Of a DNA stretch of 64,000 bases, positions 39,740 through 49,762 are shown one piece after another (position 1 is the stretch's first letter; every line of letters starts with the position of its first letter). Source of the DNA: an uncultured delta proteobacterium. Its GTDB lineage: Bacteria; Myxococcota_A; Polyangia; Polyangiales; Polyangiaceae. Both the position numbers and the translations under genes were made by a program. Under the pieces are notes generated by a model. It made no database searches and was not told the DNA's origin. It was given only the letters and a program-made list of their open reading frames with translations. The stretch is taken from the NCBI GenBank assembly GCA_963806225.1, contig CAWDXG010000004.1:608001-672000 (forward strand), in the 5' to 3' direction.

Positions 39740-41518
39740 TCATGCTCCCATGCGCGCAGAACGGGTACCGCCCCGCGCCGCTGCGAACTGCGCGGACGTG
39801 CTGGCCAGCATGCGTCGCTTCTTCACCGGCTTGATCAGGAACAGCACGAGCCAGACCGCCAGACCGATCGTCGCGGCCGCCACCACGAGCATCGACAGAT
39901 GCGCGAGCATGTCGAGACCCGCGAGAGTCGACGCGCCGCCCGACTGCAGTGCCAGGATCACCAGGCCGGTTGCCAGGATGTTCAAGAGCGCGGCCGGCAG
40001 GAGCTTGCGCCAGCCAAGCCGCATCAGCTGGTCGTAGCGGAAGCGTGGCAGGGTCCAGCGGATGGTGATCTGCAGCCAGCACAGCGCACAGACCTTGAAG
40101 ATGAAGGCGCAGACGCCGATGAGCACGACCGTGATCTGCGTGAGCGGCTGCGTGAAGACCAGCGTGTTGCCGATCACGACGTGGAAGCCGTCGCGGAACA
40201 GGAACGGGACGTGCCAGCCACCGAAGAAGAGCGTGGTCATCAGCGCACTGGCCGTCACGACCGTGACGTACTCCGCGAAGAAGAACATCGCGAACTTCAT
40301 TCCGGAGTACTCGGTGTAGTAGCCGGCTACGAGCTCGCTCTCGCCCTCGGGCAGGTCGAACGGGATGCGCTTCGATTCCGCCACCGCCGCGGCGAAGAAC
40401 AGGAAGAATGCCAGGGGCTGCACGAAGATCCCCCAGGTGTGCTCGGCCTGCCAACGCACCATGTCGTCGAGGCGGAGGGTGCCGTAGACCATCAGCGTGC
40501 CGATGATGGTCAGCCCCATGGCGACCTCGTAGGAGACCATCTGGCTGGCAGCGCGCAGCCCGCCGAGCAGGCTGAACTTGTTGTCGCTCGACCAACCTGC
40601 CAGCGCCGCGCCCACGATACCGGTGCCGGCCAGGGCGAAGAAGTAGAGGATGCCGACGTTCAGATCGAGGCCCTGCATCTTCACCGCGCCGTCGACGCAC
40701 ACGCCTTCCGCCGGCACCATCCTGAGCAGGTGCCCGTAGTCGATGTGGCCGTTCTTCGTGGCGAAACACAGCGTGTCGCCGAACGGCACCACCGCCATCA
40801 CTACCAGTACGGGGAAGAACGAGATGATCGGCGCCAGGCTGTGCAGGAAGCGGTCTGCACCGGGAGGGATGAAGTCCTCCTTGAACAGCGCCTTGAGGCC
40901 GTCGGCCGCCGGGTGCAGAAGACCGATCAGGCGGATGCCGACGCGCTCATCGTTGCGCACGCTGTAGGCCGAGTAGAACGCGCCGAACAGGATCGTCGCC
41001 GCCAGCACTGCCGCGCCGCCAAAGTAGGCGAAATCCCGGATCTGCCGGCCGGGCGGCGTCCCCTTCAGCACCACGGCGACCACGAAACTGACCGCGTGCG
41101 CGGCGAGGCCGGCGTAGAAGATGCGGCGCGGATCGCCGATCCACTGGATGAAGCCGTCGAAGCTGTTGCGCACCCCGCGCGAATCGATGCGCCGGGCGAT
41201 CACCAGCCCGGTGGCCCAGATGAGGAAGATCGCCAGCTGGCTGAAGAACACCGCGCGATCGGTGCGATCGGCCGGCAGCGGCTTTTCCACGATGACGTAC
41301 GCGATGATGCCGGCGGCGATGGCCAGCGCCGGGAGCACCGCCAGCGCCTGCGCCACCGCACGCGGCAGCCACATCACCGCCCGATTGGGGCCCACGCGGT
41401 CGGCGATGACGGCGCCCTGGCGGCGATCCACCCACGTGAGCAGCACGCCCAGAAGCATGCCGAACATCACGACGACGACCGCCTTGATGACGAAGACGAC
41501 GATGGCTCCTACGGTCAT
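39740..41518 (-). CDS. nuoH: NADH-quinone oxidoreductase subunit H (extended, 592 aa)
   Basis: RVGPNR, ADGLKALFKED, GGLRAASQMVSYE, PFDLPEGESEL and RWTLPRFRYDQLM. Confidence 0.93.
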   Translation of the reverse strand: MTVGAIVVFVIKAVVVVMFGMLLGVLLTWVDRRQGAVIADRVGPNRAVMWLPRAVAQALAVLPALAIAAGIIAYVIVEKPLPADRTDRAVFFSQLAIFLIWATGLVIARRIDSRGVRNSFDGFIQWIGDPRRIFYAGLAAHAVSFVVAVVLKGTPPGRQIRDFAYFGGAAVLAATILFGAFYSAYSVRNDERVGIRLIGLLHPAADGLKALFKEDFIPPGADRFLHSLAPIISFFPVLVVMAVVPFGDTLCFATKNGHIDYGHLLRMVPAEGVCVDGAVKMQGLDLNVGILYFFALAGTGIVGAALAGWSSDNKFSLLGGLRAASQMVSYEVAMGLTIIGTLMVYGTLRLDDMVRWQAEHTWGIFVQPLAFFLFFAAAVAESKRIPFDLPEGESELVAGYYTEYSGMKFAMFFFAEYVTVVTASALMTTLFFGGWHVPFLFRDGFHVVIGNTLVFTQPLTQITVVLIGVCAFIFKVCALCWLQITIRWTLPRFRYDQLMRLGWRKLLPAALLNILATGLVILALQSGGASTLAGLDMLAHLSMLVVAAATIGLAVWLVLFLIKPVKKRRMLASTSAQFAAARGGTRSARMGA

Positions 41519-43130
41519 CCAGCTGCTCCCGCTTGCTCGGCAGAGGCCCCAGGGCCCGCCAGCGCAGCGCCCGCTTCAGGCGCCATCGCGCCGCGGACAT
41601 CCTTCAGCTTCTTCCAGCTCATCGGATAGCCCATGCTGCGGCCGAGCTCGGCCACGAGCTTCCAGCCCGGTTTCGAATCGCCGAGCGGGCGGATAGCGCG
41701 TTCGCTCTCCTGCGCCCTGCCCTGCGCGTTGACGAACGTCCCGTCGGACTCCGCCCAGCTGCTGACCGGCAGCACGACCCCGGCGTGTTCCGCGAAGGGC
41801 CCCTCGTGCGTTGCCAGCGCCACGATCCCCTGGGCCTTCCCCAGCGCATCGGCAAGCGCCGGGTCGGCGGCGTAGGAGCCGAGCACCAGCACGTGGCTCA
41901 GCTTCTTCGCCTCGAGCGCCGCCACCAGATCCGCGAACGAGCCGGGCGGGCTGCTGGTCGACAGGGCCGTCGCCCCTGCCGTATTCGGATTCTTGTCGGT
42001 GTGGCGCAGGATGTCGTCGCCAACGCCGGGCGCCTTGCCCGACAAGAACAGGTTGCCGGCGCCCATGTAGTCCCGCGCCAGCGTGAGCAGCGCGAAGTTG
42101 TCCTCGTTCGAGTGCTGGGCGCTGAGCACGACGCCCACCGCATCCGGGTCGACTCCGCGGAGCAGCTTGGCGGCCTTCTCCAGGGCCTTCTCGTAGGCCG
42201 CCGCCTTGCCCGCCACGCGCGCCTCGAGCACGCGGTCTTCGTGGATGCGCGCGTAGTCGAGCATGCCCTCGTCGCACATCCAGTACTTGTTGACCTCGAG
42301 GTTTTCCCGCGGGCGGTAGCGGTACACCTTGTCGTAGCGCGGGTCGTAGTCCGTGAAGGAGTTGCAACCGGTGGCGCAACCCACGCAGACCGTCCGCGCG
42401 GTCCGGAGGAACCACACCCGCGCCTTGAAACGGAAGTCCTTGCTGGTGAGCGCCCCGACGGGGCACACGTACTCGGTCATCAGCGTGTAGGCGTGGTCGA
42501 GCTGGCGCCCGGCGAGAGCACGATCTCTCCCAGGTTGCCGCGCTCGCGCTTGTCCAGCACCGGGTCCTTGGCCAGCTCGGCGCTGACGCGCACGCAGCGC
42601 GTGCACACGATGCAGCGCTCGGCGTCGTAGACCATGGTCGGACCGAAGCTCTGCGCCTTCGGCATGTGGATGATCTCGTCGTGCATCCGCTTCGGCGAGT
42701 GCTGGTGCTCGAGCCAGTAGTCCTGCAGCCGGCACTCGCCCGCCTGGTCGCAGATCGGGCAGTCCACCGGGTGGTTCAGAAGCAGCATCTCCTGCACCGA
42801 GTGCCGCGCGCGGGCCACGTGCTCGCTCGACTCGCTGAAGACCTGCATGCCTTCAGCCACCTGCATCTGGCAGGCGGGCTGCAGCTTCGGCTTCTTTTCC
42901 TGGACGTAGTCCTGCTTTTCCGGGTCCCACCTGACCACGTCCAGCATCAGTGGTCTGCGTCCGGGGGGAGGAGCGACTTCCACCAGACACATGCGGCAGT
43001 TGGCTGCCACACTCAGGCCGGGATGCCAGCAGTAGTGCGGGATATCGATCCCCTGGCGGTGGGCCGCCCGGATGATCGTGTCGCCCGGCTCGAAGGGGAT
43101 CTCGCGGTCGTCCAGTTTGAACGTAGGCAC
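41515..43130 (-). CDS. nuoG: NADH-quinone oxidoreductase subunit G, interrupted by a single-base frameshift near 42508-42512
   Basis: The N-terminal ORF (HYC, NCRMC, HPVDCPICDQAGEC, CIVCTRC) continues in another frame (VCPVGALT, CVGCATGC..WMCDEG); adding one base gives a 538-aa protein. Confidence 0.85.
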
Positions 43131-43156
43131 CTAGCAAACCCTCACGTGGCCGCTCC

Positions 43157-44371
43157 CTAGCGGTCGCATTCGCCACCAATCATGTTGAGCGAGCCGAAGG
43201 AGGGGACAACGTCCGCCACCATCGCGCCTGTGATGAGCATCTCGAGACCGCCAGTGTTCAGGAACGCCGGCGGCCGGATGCGGACGCGATAGGGCGTGCC
43301 GCTGCCGTCGCTCACCAGATAGAAGCCGAGCTCGCCGTTGCCGCCCTCGGTGTAGGAGTACACCTCGCCGGCCGGGATCTTCAGACCCTCCATCACGATC
43401 TTGAAGTGCCGGATCGTGCCTTCGATGGTCGTGTACACTTCCTCTTTCGGCGGCAGCACGACGCGCGGATCGTCGATGTTGACTGGGCCCGAGTCCGGCA
43501 TCTTCTCGATGCACTGCTGGACGATGCGCATGCTCTGCTTGATCTCCTCGATGCGCACGACGAAGCGGTCGTAGGAGTCGCCGTGCTCGCCGATGGGCAC
43601 CTCGAAGTCGACTTCCCCGTACTTCAGATACGGATCCGCCTTGCGCACGTCGTAGGGCACGCCGCTCGCCCTGAGGATGGGGCCGGTCCAGCCGAGCGAG
43701 ATGGCGTCCTCCGCCTTCATCACGCCGACGTCCTGCAACCGGTCGAGGAAGATGCGGTTGCCGTACAGGAGAGCCTCGACCTCGGAGATGATGCCGAGCA
43801 GGTGCTCCGCGACAGCCAGGGAGTTTTCCTTGAAGCCTTCGGTCGGCGGCGCCGCCATGCCTCCGACGCGGCCGAAGCTGTGGGTCAGGCGGGCGCCCGT
43901 CTCCTCTTCCAGGAGGTCCCAGATCATCTCGCGGCCCTTCATCATCCAGAGGAAGGGCGTAAAGGCGCCGAGCTCCATGACCATCGCGCCGGCCGCCGTG
44001 AGGTGATCGCTGACGCGGGCCATCTCGCCGAGGATCATGCGGTAGTACTGGCAGCGCTCGGGCACCGTGACGCCGAGCGCCTTCTCGCACGCGAGCGCGA
44101 AGCCGACGTTGTTCAGCATCGGCGAGACGTAGTTGCAGCGGTCGACGTAGGGGAAGACCTGGCTCCAGTTGCCGCGCTCGCACATCTTCTCGAAGCCGCG
44201 GTGCAGGTAGCCGACCTGCACGTCGCAGCGCTCGATCGTCTCGCCGGAAAGCTCCATCACGACGCGCACGGTGCCGTGCATCGCCGGATGCGAGGGGCCG
44301 ACGTTGATCAGCATCGGCTCCGACGGGAGCTCGATCTCCGATTCGTCCAGATCCAGATCCAGCGGCTCCAT
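43157..44371 (-). CDS. nuoD: NADH-quinone oxidoreductase subunit D
   Basis: NVGPSHPAMHG, GYLHRGFEK, GELGFY and GECDR; start moved to ATG 44371. Confidence 0.95.
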   Translation of the reverse strand: MEPLDLDLDESEIELPSEPMLINVGPSHPAMHGTVRVVMELSGETIERCDVQVGYLHRGFEKMCERGNWSQVFPYVDRCNYVSPMLNNVGFALACEKALGVTVPERCQYYRMILGEMARVSDHLTAAGAMVMELGAFTPFLWMMKGREMIWDLLEEETGARLTHSFGRVGGMAAPPTEGFKENSLAVAEHLLGIISEVEALLYGNRIFLDRLQDVGVMKAEDAISLGWTGPILRASGVPYDVRKADPYLKYGEVDFEVPIGEHGDSYDRFVVRIEEIKQSMRIVQQCIEKMPDSGPVNIDDPRVVLPPKEEVYTTIEGTIRHFKIVMEGLKIPAGEVYSYTEGGNGELGFYLVSDGSGTPYRVRIRPPAFLNTGGLEMLITGAMVADVVPSFGSLNMIGGECDR

Positions 44372-44991
44372 CAGGTGTGTACCTCGTCGACGGCGATGGG
44401 AGGCTGTTCGGCGTCGTCCTCTTCCGCCACCCACTCGTGGGTCTGCCGCCCGAAGCTCATGCCCTCGTCCGGGCCGAACGGCGGCAGCTTCTGGATGTTC
44501 GGCGCATCGCGATACGGCACCAGCGGCTGGATCCTGTCAGCCGGGTAGTCCTTGCGCAGCGGGTGCCCGACGAACTCCGGGTACATCAGGATTCTGCGCA
44601 GGTCGGGATGGCCTTTGAACTTCACGCCGAACATGTCGAAGCATTCGCGCTCCATCCAGTTCGCGCTGGCCCAGAGGTCGGACAGGGTGTCGATCTCCGC
44701 GCCTTCGCCGTCCTCGTCGCCGACACGGGACTTGAGCCGGATGCGATGGCCGCGCGTCAGCGAGTGGAGGTGGGCCACGATCTCGAAGCGAGGCTCGCGA
44801 TCGAGATAGTCGACCGCGGTCAGGTCGACGAGCATGTTCATGTCGGCCTGGGGCGCGCCCTTGAGGAACGCGGCCAGCTCATGCCAGCTGCCCGGATCGA
44901 GCACGACGGTCTCGTCGCCGTGCTGGGCATGCGTCTCGAGGACAGCGGATGGGAAGTTCTTCTTGATGAGCTCGACCAGGGCCTTGGACAT
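44371..44991 (-). CDS. nuoC: NADH-quinone oxidoreductase subunit C
   Basis: DLTAVDY, ANWMERE.FDMFG..F.GHPDLRRIL and HPLRKDYP. Confidence 0.95.
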   Translation of the reverse strand: MSKALVELIKKNFPSAVLETHAQHGDETVVLDPGSWHELAAFLKGAPQADMNMLVDLTAVDYLDREPRFEIVAHLHSLTRGHRIRLKSRVGDEDGEGAEIDTLSDLWASANWMERECFDMFGVKFKGHPDLRRILMYPEFVGHPLRKDYPADRIQPLVPYRDAPNIQKLPPFGPDEGMSFGRQTHEWVAEEDDAEQPPIAVDEVHT

Positions 44992-45018
44992 TGTCGGCGC
45001 CTCGTGAAGGAAGGTGGG

Positions 45019-45603
45019 CTATGCCTCGGGATTCTTCGATCGCCGAAGCTGCACGATGCCGTAGTCGGGACCCGCAACAGGATCCGTGCGCGGCTTGACG
45101 ATGCCGGGCGTGCGATCGCCGTGCTGGATCTTGTCCTGAAGCAGCATCAGGCCGTCGAGAACCGCCTCGGGACGCGGCGGACAGCCGGGAATGTAGATGT
45201 CGCAGGGGATGATCTTGTCGATGCCGGCGACGCACGTGTAGTTGTCGTAGAAGCCGCCGCAGGATGCGCAGGTTCCGAACGCCAGCACCCATTTCGGCTC
45301 CGCCATCTGCTCGTAGATGCGCTTGAGGATGGGCGCCTGGCGCTGCGTTATCGTACCCACGACCCACAACAGATCGGCCTGCCGCGGCGAGAAGCGCGGG
45401 GCCTCGGCGCCGAAGCGCGCGAAGTCGTAGCGCGGGCTCGATACGCCCATGAACTCCATGCCGCAGCACGCGGTCACGAAGGGGTACATGAAGAGCGAAT
45501 ACTTCTGCGCCCAGTGCAGCATGTCGGCGAGGCGCGTGGTGGCGAAGCCCTGGCCGCCGCCCGGCTCGATAACCTCGGTGGTCGTCGACTTCAGCTCTCC
45601 CAT
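45019..45603 (-). CDS. nuoB: NADH-quinone oxidoreductase subunit B
   Basis: TACCGME, SPRQAD, GTCASCGG and IPGCPPRPE; start moved to ATG 45603. Confidence 0.95.
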   Translation of the reverse strand: MGELKSTTTEVIEPGGGQGFATTRLADMLHWAQKYSLFMYPFVTACCGMEFMGVSSPRYDFARFGAEAPRFSPRQADLLWVVGTITQRQAPILKRIYEQMAEPKWVLAFGTCASCGGFYDNYTCVAGIDKIIPCDIYIPGCPPRPEAVLDGLMLLQDKIQHGDRTPGIVKPRTDPVAGPDYGIVQLRRSKNPEA

Positions 45604-45950
45604 TCGAGAGCTCCCTTCTTCCAGCAGTACAGAAGCGCGATGAGCAGCGCTGCGATGAACATCAACATCTCGGCGAAACCCTGCCAGCCGAGCCCCTTGA
45701 AGAGCGAGGCCCACGGGTAGATGAACACCACCTCGATGTCGAACACGACAAACAGGATGGCCGTCAGATAGAACTTCACGTTCATCTTGATGTGGCGCGC
45801 ACCCTGCGTGTCGTTGCCGCACTCGTAGGGCATCATCTTCTCGGGGGTCGGGTTCTTCTTCCCGACCAGGGCGCCGCCCGCGAACATCCCGAGGCACACC
45901 ACCCCCGCAACGAGGAACATCAGGAACATCGGGAGGTACAGCTCGACCAT
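45591..45950 (-). CDS. nuoA: NADH-quinone oxidoreductase subunit A
   Basis: PYECG, FDIEVVF.YPWA and KKGALEW. Confidence 0.96.
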   Translation of the reverse strand: MVELYLPMFLMFLVAGVVCLGMFAGGALVGKKNPTPEKMMPYECGNDTQGARHIKMNVKFYLTAILFVVFDIEVVFIYPWASLFKGLGWQGFAEMLMFIAALLIALLYCWKKGALEWES

Positions 45951-46017
45951 ATGGCTTGTCCGCTTCTCGACCCGCAGCTGTATGACAAAACAGCTGATTT
46001 CTCGTAGAGCGCGAGTG

Positions 46018-46047
46018 ATCTCAGTCCCGGCGCCCCGGCCCTGTCAA
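46018..46047 (-). promoter_or_regulatory. possible sigma70-type promoter upstream of nuoA
   Basis: Exact TTGACA on the minus strand (46042-46047); weak -10 (TGAGAT at 18-bp spacing). Confidence 0.3.
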
Positions 46048-46118
46048 TCCGAGCAGGCACAGCCGGAAAACGGCTGTTGCGGCGTACCACGAACCGCCGG
46101 CACTGCGAACCGCCCTGG

Positions 46119-47246
46119 CTAGGAGGACGCGCTGTCGACCACCAGCTCGCGCCACGAATCCAGCGCGCTCCCCAGCTGGCGGTGGATGTCGTCCAGGGTG
46201 GCGCCGAGCTCGCCCTCGGCGACCCCCGCCGCCCGCGCTTCCTCGATCGCCCCGAGCGCAGCCAGATGGCGCCCACGGGCTGCCAGGGCCTCGGCCAGGC
46301 GGGGCCAGACCCGGGCGCCTGCCGCGCCCAGATTGGCGGCGCGGCGCAGCGGAGCGATGGCCTCACCGGCCCGCCGGTCGGCGAGCATGGCCTCACCCAG
46401 CCTCGCGAAGATGTCCGCTGCGGCGTTGCCGTCGCCAGCGTACTGCACGCCGAGGCGAAGCACCTCTTCGCCCTTCTCGATCTCGCCCAGCGCGATGCAG
46501 GCGCTGCCGAGCAGGCCGAGCCCCTTTGCAATCAGACCGCGCGTGTCCGGCGTAAGTAGCTGGCCCTCGGGCGTGCGCAGGAAGATGGCCAGTGGCGCCG
46601 GCCAGGAGCCGAGCAGCTCCAGCACCCTCACGTGATCGTCGCTCTGCGCGGCTTCTTCGGCTTCGACAACGCGTCCCAGATCGATCGCGCCCCGGCCCGC
46701 CCCGCGCTGGACCCGGTCAAGCTCTTCACGCACGTGGCTGCGCAGGCGCATGCGCAGCTCCTCGAGCTGGCACACCTCCTCGATGCCGTCGTGAAGCAGC
46801 GATAGCCTTGCGTCGCCGTCGGCGTCGAGGGTGAGCTCTTCCAGGCTGTAGCCGTAGAGCGGCGCCAGGAGCAGGTAGCGCACTCCGATGAACAGCTGCA
46901 CCGCCTCGGTATCGGTCGCCCGCTCGGGCGCCGGACCGGCCGGCTCTTCCGCGACCAGGGCGCTGACGAGCCGGCGCCGGAAGTCACCCAGCGTGAGGCG
47001 CTGCGTGTCCGCTTCGGTGACCTCTTCTTCGACCCCGCCGACCACGAAGTCCACCAGCGTGTTGGACGGGTTGCGGCGGTCGACGGTGAGTGCCGTGATG
47101 CGCGCTCCGGTAATCATCGCGAATGCGAAGAACCGGGCTCCGATGATGTCGCACAGCGCCTGGAAGCTGCCGATACCCTCGCCGATGCGCTCGAACCAAC
47201 CGTCCGTCCGGATCGACTCGAGGGGAAATTCGCGGGGCTCGGACAT
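46119..47246 (-). CDS. TPR-containing protein
   Basis: C-terminal TPR-like repeats (LGLLGSACIALGEIEKG, IFARLGEAMLAD); unknown N-terminal domain; start moved to ATG 47246. Confidence 0.7.
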   Translation of the reverse strand: MSEPREFPLESIRTDGWFERIGEGIGSFQALCDIIGARFFAFAMITGARITALTVDRRNPSNTLVDFVVGGVEEEVTEADTQRLTLGDFRRRLVSALVAEEPAGPAPERATDTEAVQLFIGVRYLLLAPLYGYSLEELTLDADGDARLSLLHDGIEEVCQLEELRMRLRSHVREELDRVQRGAGRGAIDLGRVVEAEEAAQSDDHVRVLELLGSWPAPLAIFLRTPEGQLLTPDTRGLIAKGLGLLGSACIALGEIEKGEEVLRLGVQYAGDGNAAADIFARLGEAMLADRRAGEAIAPLRRAANLGAAGARVWPRLAEALAARGRHLAALGAIEEARAAGVAEGELGATLDDIHRQLGSALDSWRELVVDSASS

Positions 47247-47349
47247 CGCGGGAAAGGAAATCGAGAATCGCACGGAACCCGGCGGGGGAACAAGTGCCCG
47301 CATCGCCGGTGCTCGCCAGCTCTTGATCCGGACCTATAGTGCCCCCGGC

Positions 47350-48334
47350 ATGAGCGCACCAGCCCAGCACGACTCCGGGGGCCTCGAGGCGCTGGTTACC
47401 GGGAAGGACCCCGCGGCGCTCCAGGTCCTCGAGAACGTCGCTTCCCGGCAGGGGCCGTGCGATTGCCCAGATCGCCTACGTGCTCGCCGTCATGATCGCG
47501 CCCGAGCTCCTCGGAGCGGGCGTGTCCGGCTGGGCTGGCGCCGGCGTGCTCGCCGCGCTGGGGGTGGCGTTGGTCCGGCCCTGGCGGAAGAACGGGCTGG
47601 GCGGCGCTGCACGGATCGCCACGGCGCTGGGCGTGGTCGGGCTGGTGCTGGCGGGCTTTGTGTACCGGCCGCGCGCGCTTCTGGGTGCGGCGCACGTGTC
47701 GGGGCAGAGCTTCTTCCTGCAGCTCACCGCGCGCGACCTGTGTCTGCTCGGTATCGCACTCTTGATCGTGCTGTCAGACGGGCAGCGACCGCGGCAGATC
47801 GGCCTGGGCGGCGGGCGCCTGGGACGCGAGCTCACGTTCGGTCTACTGGTGCTCGGCGGCACCTACTTCGTCCACCTGGCAGCCGCGCTGCCGCTGTCGG
47901 CCATCGCGTTCGCGCTCGGCGGCGGCAAGGCGGAGGTCGCGCAGCGGAGCGGATTCCTGCGCGAGCTGGTCGGCTGGGCCGAGCAGGTGAGCCCGTGGGA
48001 AATCCCGCTCTTCATGGGACTGGCCGGAGCGTTCGAGGAGGTGGTGTTCCGCGGGCTCTTCATCACCCGGCTCAAGCGCGTGACTGGCCGCTGGTGGCCC
48101 GCGCTTTTCCTGTCGGCCGCGCTGTTCGGCCTCGGCCACCTCGAAGAAGGCACGCTCGCAGCCTTCCAGACCGCGATCCTGGGTCTGTGGTTCGGTGTCG
48201 TATTCGTCCGGCGCAGGCGCCTGGAATCGGACATCGTCGCGCACGCCGCCTTCAACACGATCATGTTCGCCGTGATGATTGCCGTCGCGCGAAGCGGGCT
48301 TCTGGACTCCGCACAGAAGCTGCTCGGGCACTGA
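47350..48334 (+). CDS. CPBP family intramembrane glutamic protease, probable frameshift at the G-run 47451-47454
   Basis: FEEVVFRG, LFGLGH and AHAAFN motifs in ORF 47480-48334; an upstream ATG-initiated coding-like segment joins in frame if one G is removed. Confidence 0.8.
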
Positions 48335-48337
48335 CAG

Positions 48338-49699
48338 CTAGCCCGCGATCCACACCGTCTTCTGGTTGACGAACTCGTGCATGCCGACGCGGCCGAGCTC
48401 ACGGCCGTGACCGGAGCGCTTGACCCCGCCGAATGGCAGCCGCGGGTCGGACTTCACCAGGCCGTTGACGAACACCATCCCCGATTCGATCCCGGCAGCC
48501 AACCGCTTGGCCTCGTCGACGTTCCCCGTCCAGATGGACGCTCCGAGACCGTACACCGAGCGGTTGGCGAGACGCACGGCGTGGTCGGGATTGTCGGCTT
48601 CGATGACCGCCGCCACGGGGCCGAACGTCTCCTCCTCGAACACCGGCATGTCCGGCTGTACGCCGGACAGCACGGTCGGCTCGTAGAAGAAGCCAGGGCG
48701 CGAGAGCGGCGCCCCGCCGGCGAGTGCCTTCGCGCCCATCCGGACGCTGGTCGTGACCTGGCGATGCAGCGTGTCGACCAGATCCGCGCGCGCCAGCGGA
48801 CCAACCTGCGTGTCGCGAGCCAGCGGATCGCCGACGCGGAGCGCCTGCATGGCCTTCACGAACAGCGTCGTGAAGCGCTCGGCGATACCCTTTTCCACGA
48901 TGAAGCGCTTGGCGGCGATGCAACTCTGTCCGGAGTTGATGGCGCGCGACTTCACCGCAGTCGCGACGGCCGCCTCGAGGTCGGCGTCGTCGAGCACGAT
49001 GAACGGATCCGACCCGCCGAGCTCCAGCACGGTCTTCTTGATGTGCTTGCCGGCCGCCTCGCCCACCGCGCGACCCGCGCGCTCGCTGCCGGTGAGCGAC
49101 ACCGCGACGATGCCGGGATTGCCGATGATCTCGTCGGTCAGCTCGATCGACATCAGGAGCGAGGTGAACACGCCGGACGGATAGCCCGCGCGGCGGAACA
49201 CGTCCTCTATTGCCAGCGCGCAGCCGCTCACGTTGTTCGCGTGCTTGAGCAGGCCCACGTTGCCCGCCGTCAGCGCGGGCGCGGCGAAGCGGAACACCTG
49301 CCAGAACGGGAAGTTCCACGGCATCACGGCCAGCACGGGGCCCAGCGGATCGTAGCGGACGTAGCTTTCGGCCGCGTCGCTGCCGAGCCGCTCGGGCGCG
49401 AGGAAGCGCGCGCCGTTCTCCGCGTAGTGCTCGCATACCCACGCGCACTTCTCGATCTCCGACTCCGATTCGACAATCGGCTTGCCCATCTCGAGCGTCA
49501 TGAGCTCTGCCAGCTCGCCCGACCTCTGGCGCAGCACCGCGGCGGCCTGCTTCAGGAGTTCCGCGCGCTCGGCCACGGCCGTCCCGCGCCAGGCGTGGAA
49601 GGCGTCGCGCGCGGCGACGATGGCGTTGTCGACTTCGCTGGGCGTCTGCTCCTCGAACTGGCGGATGAGCTTTCCGGTGGCTGGATTGATGGACTGCAT
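48338..49699 (-). CDS. NAD(P)-dependent succinate-semialdehyde dehydrogenase
   Basis: SINPATG, MPWNFP.WQ, LTGSERAG, LELGGSDP, NSGQSCIAAKRF and EETFGPV; start moved to ATG 49699 with GGAGG RBS. Confidence 0.9.
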   Translation of the reverse strand: MQSINPATGKLIRQFEEQTPSEVDNAIVAARDAFHAWRGTAVAERAELLKQAAAVLRQRSGELAELMTLEMGKPIVESESEIEKCAWVCEHYAENGARFLAPERLGSDAAESYVRYDPLGPVLAVMPWNFPFWQVFRFAAPALTAGNVGLLKHANNVSGCALAIEDVFRRAGYPSGVFTSLLMSIELTDEIIGNPGIVAVSLTGSERAGRAVGEAAGKHIKKTVLELGGSDPFIVLDDADLEAAVATAVKSRAINSGQSCIAAKRFIVEKGIAERFTTLFVKAMQALRVGDPLARDTQVGPLARADLVDTLHRQVTTSVRMGAKALAGGAPLSRPGFFYEPTVLSGVQPDMPVFEEETFGPVAAVIEADNPDHAVRLANRSVYGLGASIWTGNVDEAKRLAAGIESGMVFVNGLVKSDPRLPFGGVKRSGHGRELGRVGMHEFVNQKTVWIAG

Positions 49700-49762
49700 G
49701 TCGTGCCTCCGAAAGGGGGCCTGGATGGAGCGCCTCTGCTCCTGCCGCGGCAGAGCCGTACG

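Noticed and set aside
43157..45603. Group 4 [NiFe] hydrogenase instead of complex I
   Set aside because: The large subunit lacks the N- and C-terminal CxxC Ni-binding motifs, and nuoA is present
46059..46077. Hairpin ACAGCCG-GAAAA-CGGCTGT as an intrinsic terminator
   Set aside because: No U-tract follows on the transcribed (minus) strand; too weak to call
47350..48334. 'Abi' family protein as abortive-infection defence
   Set aside because: The motifs are those of CPBP/CAAX intramembrane proteases; the Abi label does not imply phage defence
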